A stretch of 64,000 bases of DNA, taken from positions 4,642 through 68,641 of the forward strand of contig VXTM01000004.1 of the NCBI GenBank assembly GCA_009837445.1. Reading direction: 5' to 3'. The notes below the pieces were generated by a model. The model made no database searches, was not told the origin of the DNA, and worked only from the letters and a program-made list of their open reading frames with translations. Shown piece after piece: positions 32,457-41,735 of the stretch. The position numbers were made by a program, and so were the translations under genes. Every line of letters begins with the position of its first letter. The stretch's first letter is position 1. The DNA comes from Acidimicrobiaceae bacterium (GTDB taxonomy: Bacteria; Actinomycetota; Acidimicrobiia; Acidimicrobiales; Aldehydirespiratoraceae).

Positions 32457-34104
32457 AGGCGGCCCGCCGGACAGACCCGTACCCGATGATGGGGGTGGCC
32501 TCCGCGGAGACGACCACCTCGACGACGGAGGGGCCCGGGGTTTCGATCGCCTTGGCGATGGTCGCCTCGACCGCGGCGGGATCCTCGACCCGGAATCCGG
32601 CCGCGCCCATGGCCCGGGCCGTGGCCGCGAAGTCGACGGTGGTGAAGTCGGTGCTGTAGGCCATTCCCATGCGGGACTCGACATGGCGAATCCATGCCAG
32701 AGAGGAGTTGTTGAGCACGACGGTGGTGATGGCAAGCCCGTAGCGGGCCGCAGTCTCGGTCTCGCTCAGGCCGTAGCCCCATCCACCGTCTCCGGTGAGG
32801 GCCACCACCCGGCCGCCCGATCGGGCCAGCCGGGCACCCAGCGCAGCTCCGGGCGCCCATCCGAGGCCGGCCAGCCCGCGGGGGGCGAGCATGCCCGGGC
32901 CGGTTCGCTTGACCCGGAAGTAGCGGGCCCCCCAACCCGACGAGAGCGACGCCTCGCAGACCAGCACGTCACCGGCGCCGAGCATCCGGTCGAGTGCCCC
33001 GACCACGTCCTCGGGGCGAACACCGGCGCCGTCGGTGGCGTCATCCTCGGCCGGTCTGATGGTGTCGATCCAGGGTGTGGAAGGCCCCTTCCACCCCGCG
33101 AGCGCCTCTGCGAGGCTCACGCAGAACGACCGGGCGTCGGCGACGACACCGATTTGGGCCGGGACGGCCCTCCCGATCTCGGTGCCGTCGATATCGATGT
33201 GCACAACCGCCTGGCCGGCTGCCGGCAGGCGCCAGCCGTGGGTGCCGAGCTGGGAGTGCTTGGTGCCGATCGCGACGATCAGGTCCGCGGCCTGCACGAC
33301 CAGGTTCCCCCGCACCGAGCCGAACCCGCCCACGACCCCGGCCGACAGCCGGTGCCGCTCGTCGATGGCGCCCTTGCCGTTCAAAGATGTCGCCACCGGG
33401 AGCAGGCAGGCTTCCGCCAGAGCCGAGAGAGCGGGCGCCGATCCGCTGAACACCGCCCCTCCCCCGGCGAGGATCACAGGGCGCTCGGCGGCCCTCACCA
33501 GTTGGGCGACGGCCCCGATCAGATCCGGATTGGGGTGGGGGCGATGCCGGGGGAAGCCGCGGTCGCCGTCCGCGATGATCCGGGACCGCGACACATCGGC
33601 CGGTCCCAGGAAGATGTCCTCGGGAATCGACACCACCACCGGTCCGGGGCGGCCGGCGGTCGCCACCCGCAGCGCCTGGTCGACCACCTCGTCCAGCGCG
33701 GCAGGCTCGTGGACCCGACCTACCCACTTGGTGACGGGGGCCAGCGTCTCGGACTGCTCGAAGGACTGCGAGGCCACGGAGTGGCGTCGCAGGTGCTCGG
33801 CGTCCCGTCGGGTGTCGGCCACCACCGCGATCAGCGGGATCGAAGAGGCGTGGGCTTCGGCCAGCCCCGACACGAGGTTGGTGGCGCCTGGCCCGACGGT
33901 GGCGTCACAGACACCGACGGTGCCCGTTAGCCGTGCGTAGGCGTCGGCCGCGGTCACCGCGTTGCGTTCGTCGCGCACTACCAGATGGCGCGCCCCGGCG
34001 GCCCCGGAGGCGGCGTAAAGAGGCAGGGTCTGCCCGCCGGGAACGCCGAACAGTGCGGCATCGGGACCGGCGATCAAGCTCAGCAGACGCTCGCCGACGG
34101 TCAT
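32449..34104 (-). CDS. thiamine-diphosphate-dependent enzyme (acetolactate synthase large-subunit-like family)
   Basis: Start MTVGERLL at 34104. GVPGGQTLPLY N-terminal Pyr domain and GDGGWGY...NNSSLAW ThDP-binding motif. Confidence 0.9.
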   Translation of the reverse strand: MTVGERLLSLIAGPDAALFGVPGGQTLPLYAASGAAGARHLVVRDERNAVTAADAYARLTGTVGVCDATVGPGATNLVSGLAEAHASSIPLIAVVADTRRDAEHLRRHSVASQSFEQSETLAPVTKWVGRVHEPAALDEVVDQALRVATAGRPGPVVVSIPEDIFLGPADVSRSRIIADGDRGFPRHRPHPNPDLIGAVAQLVRAAERPVILAGGGAVFSGSAPALSALAEACLLPVATSLNGKGAIDERHRLSAGVVGGFGSVRGNLVVQAADLIVAIGTKHSQLGTHGWRLPAAGQAVVHIDIDGTEIGRAVPAQIGVVADARSFCVSLAEALAGWKGPSTPWIDTIRPAEDDATDGAGVRPEDVVGALDRMLGAGDVLVCEASLSSGWGARYFRVKRTGPGMLAPRGLAGLGWAPGAALGARLARSGGRVVALTGDGGWGYGLSETETAARYGLAITTVVLNNSSLAWIRHVESRMGMAYSTDFTTVDFAATARAMGAAGFRVEDPAAVEATIAKAIETPGPSVVEVVVSAEATPIIGYGSVRRAAYG

Positions 34105-34119
34105 ATCACCCACAGCGAG

Positions 34120-34134
34120 TTTAGTATACTGTTT
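34120..34134. promoter_or_regulatory. AT-rich box TTTAGTATACTGTTT (8-bp palindrome AGTATACT) in a divergent intergenic region
   Basis: It lies between the ThDP-enzyme start (34104, minus) and the MFS-LivF start (34172, plus). 12/15 match to the 19887-19901 box. Confidence 0.45.
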
Positions 34135-34171
34135 GTGGCTCTGGGATGTGCGAGGGGGCCAGGGGTAGACG

Positions 34172-36394
34172 ATGGTGCTGACACCGGCTGCAGCTGAGCG
34201 CGTCTCAGCCCTGACACCGACGCTCACACCGCGTCCGAAGTTCCATGTCACCCGCAAGCTGGTGGGCGTCCCGAAATGGCCGCTCGTGCTGCTGACGGCC
34301 GTCTACACCATCAACGTGAGCGACCAGTTCCTGCTGTCGTCCATGTTCCCGCTGCTCAAGCGGGAGTTCGGCCTGTCCGACACCGCGCTGGGCATCCTCA
34401 GCGGTTCCTACCTGATCAGCGTGACCCTCGGTACCGTGCCTTTCGGGGCGCTGGCCGACCGCTACAGCCGCACCAGGATCATCGCCTGGGGCACGGCCTT
34501 CTGGGGGGTCACCATGATCTTCACCGGCATGGCCAGCGGCTTCTTCATGCTGCTGCTCGGTCGGATGGTGCTCGGCCTGTGGGATCCATGCGACAACCCG
34601 ACCTCGCAGTCGCTACTTGCCGACTACTACCCGGTGAACCAGCGCTCCAAAGTGATGGGCATCTACCAGATGGGCCAGCTCGTCGGGTTCTTCCTGCTGC
34701 CCATCGGCGGGCTCATGGGTCAGGCCTGGGGATGGCGGGCGACGTTCTTCTTCTTCGCGCTGCCCGCGTTCGTGGTGGCCCTGCTGAGCTGGCGCCTGCC
34801 CGAACCGGTCAGGGGGGTGCAGGAGCGGCGCCACCAGCGGCTCGAGTCCGACGAGAGCACCGTGATCGCATCAAAGTTACAGGGCCTTTCCATAGCGGAC
34901 GCCTACAAACACATCCTGCGGTGTCGCTCCTATACGGCCAGCCTGGTGTCCTCCGCGGTCGGCAGCCTCTTCTTCGGCGGCATCGGTGTGTGGACGCCGA
35001 CATTCCTGATCCGCTACCACGACCTGGACATCGCCGAGGCCTCCACCGCGATCATCGTGGTCGCGCTGGGCGGGCTGGTGGGCGTGCTCACGGCCGGCAA
35101 TCTCGCCGACTTCCTGACCCAGTCGGGCTACCTGTCGGCCCGGATCGGCGTGGCCGGGATCGCCCGCGTGATCTCGGCGCCGCTGTTCATGGCGGCGTTC
35201 CTGGTGAGCTACACGCCGCTGATGCTGCTGCTGTTCTCGTTCGGCGCCCTGTTCCTGGTAGGTGCCCTCCCGCCCCTCAACGCGGCCCGGGTCGATGTGC
35301 TGCATCCCGACCTGCGCGGCCGGGGCACCTCCCTGGACGCGGTCACCCAGAGCCTGGCCTCGGCGGCGTCGCCGGTGATCTACGGCATCATCGCCGACGC
35401 CAGCGATCTGCGGACCGCCTACCTGACACTCATCCCGCTGGCCGCGCTGGCCGGGCTGATCCTGTTGACGTTCGCGCTGGCCAGCTACCGGCGCGACGAG
35501 CAGGCCGTGCAGGAGCTGGTCCGACACGATCACGCCCGCCACGTCGCTCGCCTGACCGGAGACGGCCAGGAGCTCGAAGAGCCGGTCCCGATGGCGTCGC
35601 ACGGGAGCGATCCCGGTGCGGGGACAGCCCAGCCCCTGACCGGGGACCATGACGCCGCAGCCTCTGCCGAAGGAGTGGAGTCGTTGCTGCGGATCGAGGG
35701 GCTCGACTTCTCCTACGGGCCGATCCAGGTGCTCTTCGGCATCGACATGACCCTGCCGCAGGGCGGGTGCCATGCGCTGGTGGGCCGCAACGGCGTGGGC
35801 AAGACCACGCTGCTGGCCAACATCGGCGGCCTGCTGCACGCCCAGTCGGGCCAGATGTTCCTGCGGGACCAGGACCTGATCGGCATACCGCCAGAGCAAC
35901 GGGCCCGGCTCGGCATCACCCTGATGGCCGCCGGACAGTCGATATTCCCGTCGCTCAGCGTGCGGGACAACCTCTGGTTCGGCGGGTACCACTTCGCCGG
36001 CAGCGAGGGACTCGTCGACGACCGTCTCGACGAAGTCCTCGAAGTGTTCCCGGCATTGGGCCAGAGACTGGGCCAGCGGGCCGGAACCCTCTCCGGCGGC
36101 GAGCAACAGATGGTGGCGCTCGGCCGTGCCCTGGTGGCCGGCCCGGACCTTCTGCTGATCGACGAGCTCAGTCTCGGTCTGGCCCCGACCGTGACCGTGG
36201 AGCTCCTTGAGGTAGTGGAGAGAATTGCCGGTCTGGGCACGACGATCCTGCTCGTCGAGCAGTCGATCGGTGTGGCGTTGTCGGTGGCCGACACGGTGTT
36301 GTTCATGGATCGGGGCCGGGTGAGCGAATTGGGGCCTGCCGCCGAACTCGACGCCGACGCCCTGGCACTGCGGCTGCTGGAGAGCCACGAATGA
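34172..36394 (+). CDS. chimeric protein: MFS-like 12-TM domain fused to a LivF-type ABC ATPase (paralog of 21556..23619)
   Basis: MFS motif A GALADRYSRTRII. ATPase has GRNGVGKTT, LSGGEQQM and LLLIDELSLG. 740 aa, a single uninterrupted ORF. Confidence 0.9.
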   Translation: MVLTPAAAERVSALTPTLTPRPKFHVTRKLVGVPKWPLVLLTAVYTINVSDQFLLSSMFPLLKREFGLSDTALGILSGSYLISVTLGTVPFGALADRYSRTRIIAWGTAFWGVTMIFTGMASGFFMLLLGRMVLGLWDPCDNPTSQSLLADYYPVNQRSKVMGIYQMGQLVGFFLLPIGGLMGQAWGWRATFFFFALPAFVVALLSWRLPEPVRGVQERRHQRLESDESTVIASKLQGLSIADAYKHILRCRSYTASLVSSAVGSLFFGGIGVWTPTFLIRYHDLDIAEASTAIIVVALGGLVGVLTAGNLADFLTQSGYLSARIGVAGIARVISAPLFMAAFLVSYTPLMLLLFSFGALFLVGALPPLNAARVDVLHPDLRGRGTSLDAVTQSLASAASPVIYGIIADASDLRTAYLTLIPLAALAGLILLTFALASYRRDEQAVQELVRHDHARHVARLTGDGQELEEPVPMASHGSDPGAGTAQPLTGDHDAAASAEGVESLLRIEGLDFSYGPIQVLFGIDMTLPQGGCHALVGRNGVGKTTLLANIGGLLHAQSGQMFLRDQDLIGIPPEQRARLGITLMAAGQSIFPSLSVRDNLWFGGYHFAGSEGLVDDRLDEVLEVFPALGQRLGQRAGTLSGGEQQMVALGRALVAGPDLLLIDELSLGLAPTVTVELLEVVERIAGLGTTILLVEQSIGVALSVADTVLFMDRGRVSELGPAAELDADALALRLLESHE

Positions 36395-36930
36395 GCTCCT
36401 CGGCAGGCGCGCCGGATCCGCCGGGGGGCGACACACGCCCGAACACCGGCGAAGCGACCGGGTACGCGCCAGTCACCGCACAACTGCTGGACGCGGGCGC
36501 ACAGACGGCCAGACGGCTGCTGGGACCGTGGTGGAACGAGCGGTCCCGGCGAGCGCTCTTCGGCGTGCTCATCACCGCAGGCTTCCTGGTGGGTCTGGTG
36601 CTGGGCCTCCGCGACGTCTACGACCGGCCGGTCCTCGATGTCGGGGAGCCGAGGGTCAGAGTCGAGGGACTGACCGCAACGGTGCAGGTGACGGTTCGCA
36701 ACACCTCCGAGGACATCGCCTACTGCCCGGTGGTGGGGGTGGCGGCCCTCGACCGCGACGGCCTCGATCTGGCCAAGGCCCCCACCTCTGTCGACCTAGG
36801 CGATGCCCGGCTGGCGCCCAAGGCCAGCGCCAACTTCGTGGGCGTGCTCACCGGCATCAGCCAGCAGGACTTCGACGAGCAACTCAGTGATTACGCCGCG
36901 TTCGTGGAGCAGGAGAACCCCTGTCCATGA
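36391..36930 (+). CDS. hypothetical single-pass membrane protein with small extracytoplasmic domain
   Basis: ATGA overlap with the upstream gene. TM segment ALFGVLITAGFLVGLVLGL, followed by beta-strand-like VRVEGLTATVQVTVRNTSEDIAY. No family recognised. Confidence 0.6.
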   Translation: MSSSAGAPDPPGGDTRPNTGEATGYAPVTAQLLDAGAQTARRLLGPWWNERSRRALFGVLITAGFLVGLVLGLRDVYDRPVLDVGEPRVRVEGLTATVQVTVRNTSEDIAYCPVVGVAALDRDGLDLAKAPTSVDLGDARLAPKASANFVGVLTGISQQDFDEQLSDYAAFVEQENPCP

Positions 36931-37020
36931 CGCCGCCCGGTCGTTACCATCCAACTCGAACTCGCCGAGTCTGGGGCCCGGGTGCGCTTCGCCCAGTGAA
37001 GAGTAGTTGAGTCGAGCGCC

Positions 37021-39858
37021 ATGACGCTGCCGCTGGCCGGATTCGAGGTGCCCCACAACGTCGTCATCCTCGGCCTGATCACCGGCCTCACCTACTCGCT
37101 GCTTGGGTTGGGGATCACGCTCGTCTACCGGTCCTCCCGAGTCATCAACTTCGCGCACGGCGAGATGGGCGCGCTGGCCGCGCTCATGATCCCGATCTTC
37201 GCCCTCAATCTCGGTTGGCCCTACGCCATCGCACTGGTGATCGCGCTGATGGTGGCAGCAGCCGTCGGCGGGCTCTTCGAGTTCCTGGTGATCCGGCCCC
37301 TGCGATCTGCGTCCCGCCTGACCGTGCTGGTAGCCACCATCGGAGCATCGCAACTGCTGTTCTTCGGTGGCGCCCTGCTCCCCAAGGGCGGAGACATCGT
37401 GGGCAAGATCTACCCGACGCCCTTCGACTGGCGGTTCACCCTCGGAAAGCTCATTCTCGGGCCCGGCCAGCTGACCATCCTGGTCGCGGTCCCGATCCTG
37501 ACCATCGCTCTGACCCTATTCCTGGGCCGCAGCCGGCTGGGCAAGGCCAGCCGGGCCGCCGCCGAGAACACCGACGCGGCTCGCCTGGCCGGGGTGCCGA
37601 TCGACCGGGTGTCCTTCGCGGTGTGGACCGCGGCCGGGTTGCTCGCCGGGGTGTCAGCCATCCTCATCGGACCGACCCGACCCCTCGCGCTGTCGCAAGC
37701 TCTCGGCCCGCAACTCATGTTGAAGGCCCTCGCAGCCGCCATGCTCGGAGGGCTTACCCGCTTCTCGTCGGTATTCGCCGCGGGCATAGCCATCGGGATT
37801 CTCGAGGCCCTCGTGCTATGGAACTACCCGATCGGCGGTGCCTTGGACCTGGTGCTGTTCGCGGCGATCGCCGGCAGCTTCCTCATGAAGAAGGGCCTGG
37901 GCTCAGTGCTGCGAGGCTCCGAGCAGAGTTCCTGGTCGCTAGCCGCGGCCATCACACCCCTTGCGCCCGCGGTGGCGGGCCATTTCCGGGTCCGGTCCAC
38001 GAAGGTCGTACTGCTGGGCGCGATGCTGGCCGCGGCCGCCTACCTGCCCGCCCGCATGACGTCGTCGGAGCAGTTCTTTCTGGGCGCGGTCGCACTATTC
38101 GCGGTGTTGGGACTCTCGTTGGTGGTCCTGACCGGATTCGCAGGACAGGTCTCGCTCGGCCAGTTCGCTTTCGTGGCCGTCGGCGCGGCCCTCGGAGGCC
38201 GCCTCTACCAGATGGGCCTTCCCCACGGCCCGACACTCGTGGCCGTGACGGTGGCCGGCGGCCTGGTCGCGCTGTTGATAGGCGTGCCGGCTCTGCGGAT
38301 CCGGGGCCTGTTCCTAGCCGTCATCACGCTCGCCTTCTCGGTGGCCGCCAGCGGGTGGCTGCTGGAGCAGGACTGGCTCAACCATCGAGGCAGCGATGGG
38401 GGCACGTCGATGTCGATCCCGCGGCCGACCTTCGCCGGTGCCGGCTTCGACGACGAGATCCGCTACTACTGGGTCTGCCTGGGGGCGCTGCTGGTCACGA
38501 TGTTCGCCGTCCACCGGCTCCGGCGCAGCGGGCTCGGGCGGCGGATGGTCGCGGTCCGCGACAACGAGCCGTCAGCGGCGAGCATGGCCGTGTCGCCGCG
38601 CACCACCAAGCTGTCGGCCTTCGTGATCTCGGGAATGATCGCATCGTTCGGCGGGTTCCTCTACGGCGGCCTGCTGGTCACGTTCTCCGGGGACATCGAC
38701 GGGACGTTCGGCCCCGGCGAGTCGCTGTCGTTGGTGGTGATGACCATCTTCGGCGGGGTCACCACCATCACCGGCGCGGTCCTCGGAGCCTTTTGGGTGC
38801 AGGGCATACCCCGGATCCTGGGCGAGGACTGGGGCTTGCTCTCCTCGGGCATCGGCGTTCTGGCGGTGCTGCTCCTGCTGCCGGGCGGGCTGGCCTCGGT
38901 GGTCTTCGCCACCCGCGACAAACTGGTGGAGGCCGCGGCCGCCCGCGGACTGCTACCCGGCACTGAGCCGGCGGGCGAAGTCGCCGACGACCGGGTTCCT
39001 GCTCCGACGGAGCCGGTCGCGCCGCCGGTCCGGTCCGGCGACGATGAGGTGCTGGCCGCGTCGGGGGTGTCGGTGACCTACGGCGGGGTGAGCGCCCTAC
39101 GTGATGTCTCCATCAGCGTGAAGCGCCATGAGATCGTCGGTGTGATGGGGCCCAACGGGGCTGGCAAGACCACGCTGTTCGATGTCCTCTCGGGCCATCA
39201 GCGCCCCGACTCGGGCATCGTCTTGCTCGACGGGCGCGACATCAGCTCGCTGCCCGCCCACCGGCGGGCCCGGCTGGGGCTGGGCCGGTCCTTTCAGCAG
39301 GCCCGGCTGTTCGAGGACATGATGCTGGTGGACGCCGTGAGTCTGGCTTCCGAGCGCGACATGCCGATCCGGCTGGCCCCGATGCTTCTGGGCACGCCCC
39401 GAGCGCGCCGTCAGGAGCGGGAACGCGACCAGGCCGCGCTGCAGACTCTGGAGCGGTTGGGCCTCACCGAACACGCCCACCACCAGATCGGCAACCTGTC
39501 CACCGGCACGCGGCGCCTGGCCGAGCTGGCATGCGCGTTGGCGCTGGGGGCCCATGTGGTGCTGCTCGACGAGCCGACCGCCGGACTGAGCCCCCGGGAG
39601 GTTGACGACTTCGTTCGGGTCATCTCTGAACTGCACACTCGCCTATCGATGACCATCGTCGTGATAGACCACGACGTGGCCGTGATGCGCTCGCTGGTGG
39701 ACCGCCTATACGTGCTCGAGGCCGGCGATGAGATCGCGGCCGGCCCGCCTTCCATCCTCGACACCGACCGCCGGGTGGTGGAGGCCTACATGGGAACCCG
39801 CGATCCCGGCCCGTTCTCGACAAGGGGAGCATCGGACCGCTATCACGAGGGCCGTTGA
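37021..39858 (+). CDS. single-chain LivH-LivM-LivG (paralog of 23649..26534)
   Basis: 945 aa. LivH-like VVILGLITGLTYSLLGLGITLVY, LivM-like LTGFAGQVSLGQFAFVAVGA, and an ATPase with GPNGAGKTT, LSTGTRR and VLLDEPTAG. Confidence 0.9.
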   Translation: MTLPLAGFEVPHNVVILGLITGLTYSLLGLGITLVYRSSRVINFAHGEMGALAALMIPIFALNLGWPYAIALVIALMVAAAVGGLFEFLVIRPLRSASRLTVLVATIGASQLLFFGGALLPKGGDIVGKIYPTPFDWRFTLGKLILGPGQLTILVAVPILTIALTLFLGRSRLGKASRAAAENTDAARLAGVPIDRVSFAVWTAAGLLAGVSAILIGPTRPLALSQALGPQLMLKALAAAMLGGLTRFSSVFAAGIAIGILEALVLWNYPIGGALDLVLFAAIAGSFLMKKGLGSVLRGSEQSSWSLAAAITPLAPAVAGHFRVRSTKVVLLGAMLAAAAYLPARMTSSEQFFLGAVALFAVLGLSLVVLTGFAGQVSLGQFAFVAVGAALGGRLYQMGLPHGPTLVAVTVAGGLVALLIGVPALRIRGLFLAVITLAFSVAASGWLLEQDWLNHRGSDGGTSMSIPRPTFAGAGFDDEIRYYWVCLGALLVTMFAVHRLRRSGLGRRMVAVRDNEPSAASMAVSPRTTKLSAFVISGMIASFGGFLYGGLLVTFSGDIDGTFGPGESLSLVVMTIFGGVTTITGAVLGAFWVQGIPRILGEDWGLLSSGIGVLAVLLLLPGGLASVVFATRDKLVEAAAARGLLPGTEPAGEVADDRVPAPTEPVAPPVRSGDDEVLAASGVSVTYGGVSALRDVSISVKRHEIVGVMGPNGAGKTTLFDVLSGHQRPDSGIVLLDGRDISSLPAHRRARLGLGRSFQQARLFEDMMLVDAVSLASERDMPIRLAPMLLGTPRARRQERERDQAALQTLERLGLTEHAHHQIGNLSTGTRRLAELACALALGAHVVLLDEPTAGLSPREVDDFVRVISELHTRLSMTIVVIDHDVAVMRSLVDRLYVLEAGDEIAAGPPSILDTDRRVVEAYMGTRDPGPFSTRGASDRYHEGR

Positions 39859-39861
39859 GCA

Positions 39862-40788
39862 GTGCCGACCATCCGGAACGACCCTGCTGACCCGACCGAC
39901 CCAGAACCGCTGGACTTCGTGGACACCCACGTGCACTTCTGGGATCACCGCGTCGAAGGACTGCACTGGCGGTACCTCGATCCGGACTTCGACCATCCCC
40001 GCCTCAAGGGCATGCACCGCCTGGACGCGGCCCAGTACACCGCAGCCGAACTGCGAGCACAGGCAGGCGACCACGCGCCAGCCAGGATCGTGCACATCCA
40101 GTCCTGCGTGGAGGCGGTGCCCGGGCTGGAGACAGCCTGGCTCCAGTCGATGGCCGACGAACGCGGGTACCCGGATGCCATCGTCGCGCAGGCCCACCCC
40201 GCCGGGGCTGACATCTCCGCCGTGATCGAGGCCAACTCCGGCCACCGGCTGCTACGCGGCGTGCGGGACATGCTGTCGCCGCGCACCATCGACACCGAGG
40301 CCTTCGTCGAGGGCTTCGGTCTGCTGGCCGACGCCGGGCTGAGCCTGGAGGTGCTGGTGCCCTACCCGAAGTTCGACGCCGTCTGCGCTCTGGCCGACCG
40401 GCGGCCCGACGCCACCTTGATCCTCGGTCACGCCGGCCAGCCCGAGCGGCGCGACCGCGACTATTACGCCGAATGGTCCCGCGGCATCCACAAGGTGGCG
40501 ACGAGGACAAACATCGTGGTCAAGATCTCGGCCCTGGCCAGCGGCGCCGACCCCGGCTGGAGCGTCGACAGCATCAGACCGTGGGCGCTTCACTGCATCG
40601 AGGCTTTCGGTTCCGACCGGGCAATGTTCGGCACCAACTGGCCCATCGACCGCCTCTACGGCAGATACGCCGCCCTTGTCGAGGCCTACCTGGAGATCAC
40701 CTCGGCGCTGACCGCCACGGAGCGTCGGGCCCTCTTCTCAGCTACGGCCACCCGCGTCTACCGCCTCGATGCCCGATCACATGCTTGA
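39862..40788 (+). CDS. amidohydrolase-2 family metal-dependent hydrolase
   Basis: FVDTHVHFWD, ILGHAGQP and FGTNWPIDRL motifs. GTG start 4 nt after the upstream stop. Confidence 0.85.
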   Translation: MPTIRNDPADPTDPEPLDFVDTHVHFWDHRVEGLHWRYLDPDFDHPRLKGMHRLDAAQYTAAELRAQAGDHAPARIVHIQSCVEAVPGLETAWLQSMADERGYPDAIVAQAHPAGADISAVIEANSGHRLLRGVRDMLSPRTIDTEAFVEGFGLLADAGLSLEVLVPYPKFDAVCALADRRPDATLILGHAGQPERRDRDYYAEWSRGIHKVATRTNIVVKISALASGADPGWSVDSIRPWALHCIEAFGSDRAMFGTNWPIDRLYGRYAALVEAYLEITSALTATERRALFSATATRVYRLDARSHA

Positions 40789-40806
40789 TACGCTCAAACC
40801 TCGCCC

Positions 40807-41643
40807 ATGACAGCCAAGATTCGTTTGAAGCCCCTTACCGGGTCCGTCGGTGTGAGCCTCAGCGGCATCGACCTGACCACCGACTTCTCCGAAGCCGAGG
40901 CCGACGCCCTCCGATCGGCCCTCTACAACCACTGCGTCCTCGTGCTGCGCGACCAGTTCATCTCCCCGGACGACCATATGCGCCTGGCCGCGGTGTTCGG
41001 CGAGCCCTTCCTGCCCTGGTACTACGCCAAGAACTCGCTTGAGGGCTATCCGAAGATCGCCATCGTGCCCAACTTCGGCAAGGCCAAGGCCCCGGCGGAG
41101 TCGTGGCACACCGACTGGTCGCACATGCCCACCCCGCCGACGGTGTCGGTCGCGCTGGCCCATGTCCTGCCCGAGACCGGTGGCGACACGATGTTCTCGA
41201 ACCAGTACGTCGCCTACGACCGCCTGTCGGAGGGCATGAAGCAGCTCATCGCCGGCCGGCGGGGCAAGTTCGTGGGCTCCCGGCCCAAACGCGTCCAGAA
41301 GATGCACGGGAGGCCGGACACCCTTCCCTCCACCGAACGCGAACCGGTGGACAACTACCACCCCATCGCCCGAGTCCATCCGGAAACGGGCCGGACCGCC
41401 CTCTACCTCAACCGGCCCGGCAAGTCGATGGTCGCCATCGAGGGCCTCACCGAGGCCGAGAGCTTCCCCATCCTCCAGTTCCTGTACGACCAGTCCTCGA
41501 CGCCCGACAACGTCTACCGCCACCAGTGGCGGCCCGGCGACATCGTCTGCTGGGACAACCAGTGCGCCATGCACTACGGGGTGCACGACTACGGCGATGC
41601 CGAGCGCACCCTCCACCGGATAACGGTCGGCGGGGTCGAGTAA
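40807..41643 (+). CDS. TauD/TfdA-family Fe(II)/2-oxoglutarate dioxygenase
   Basis: WHTDWSH (HxD), GGDTMFSN, and a distal His in the WDNQCAMHYGVHDY context. Confidence 0.9.
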   Translation: MTAKIRLKPLTGSVGVSLSGIDLTTDFSEAEADALRSALYNHCVLVLRDQFISPDDHMRLAAVFGEPFLPWYYAKNSLEGYPKIAIVPNFGKAKAPAESWHTDWSHMPTPPTVSVALAHVLPETGGDTMFSNQYVAYDRLSEGMKQLIAGRRGKFVGSRPKRVQKMHGRPDTLPSTEREPVDNYHPIARVHPETGRTALYLNRPGKSMVAIEGLTEAESFPILQFLYDQSSTPDNVYRHQWRPGDIVCWDNQCAMHYGVHDYGDAERTLHRITVGGVE

Positions 41644-41735
41644 CCGACGCTCGGCTTCTGAGAGCAGCGACATCGAGGCCGGTGGCCGGTAGCAGCACCC
41701 AGCCAGACCACCGGCGCGGCGACGGGTCGGGCCAT

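Noticed and set aside
32449-34104. Naming the ThDP enzyme sulfoacetaldehyde acetyltransferase (Xsc) because TauD-family genes are nearby.
   Set aside because: The visible motifs only place it in the general acetolactate-synthase-like ThDP superfamily. Subfamily assignment needs a phylogeny that I cannot run.
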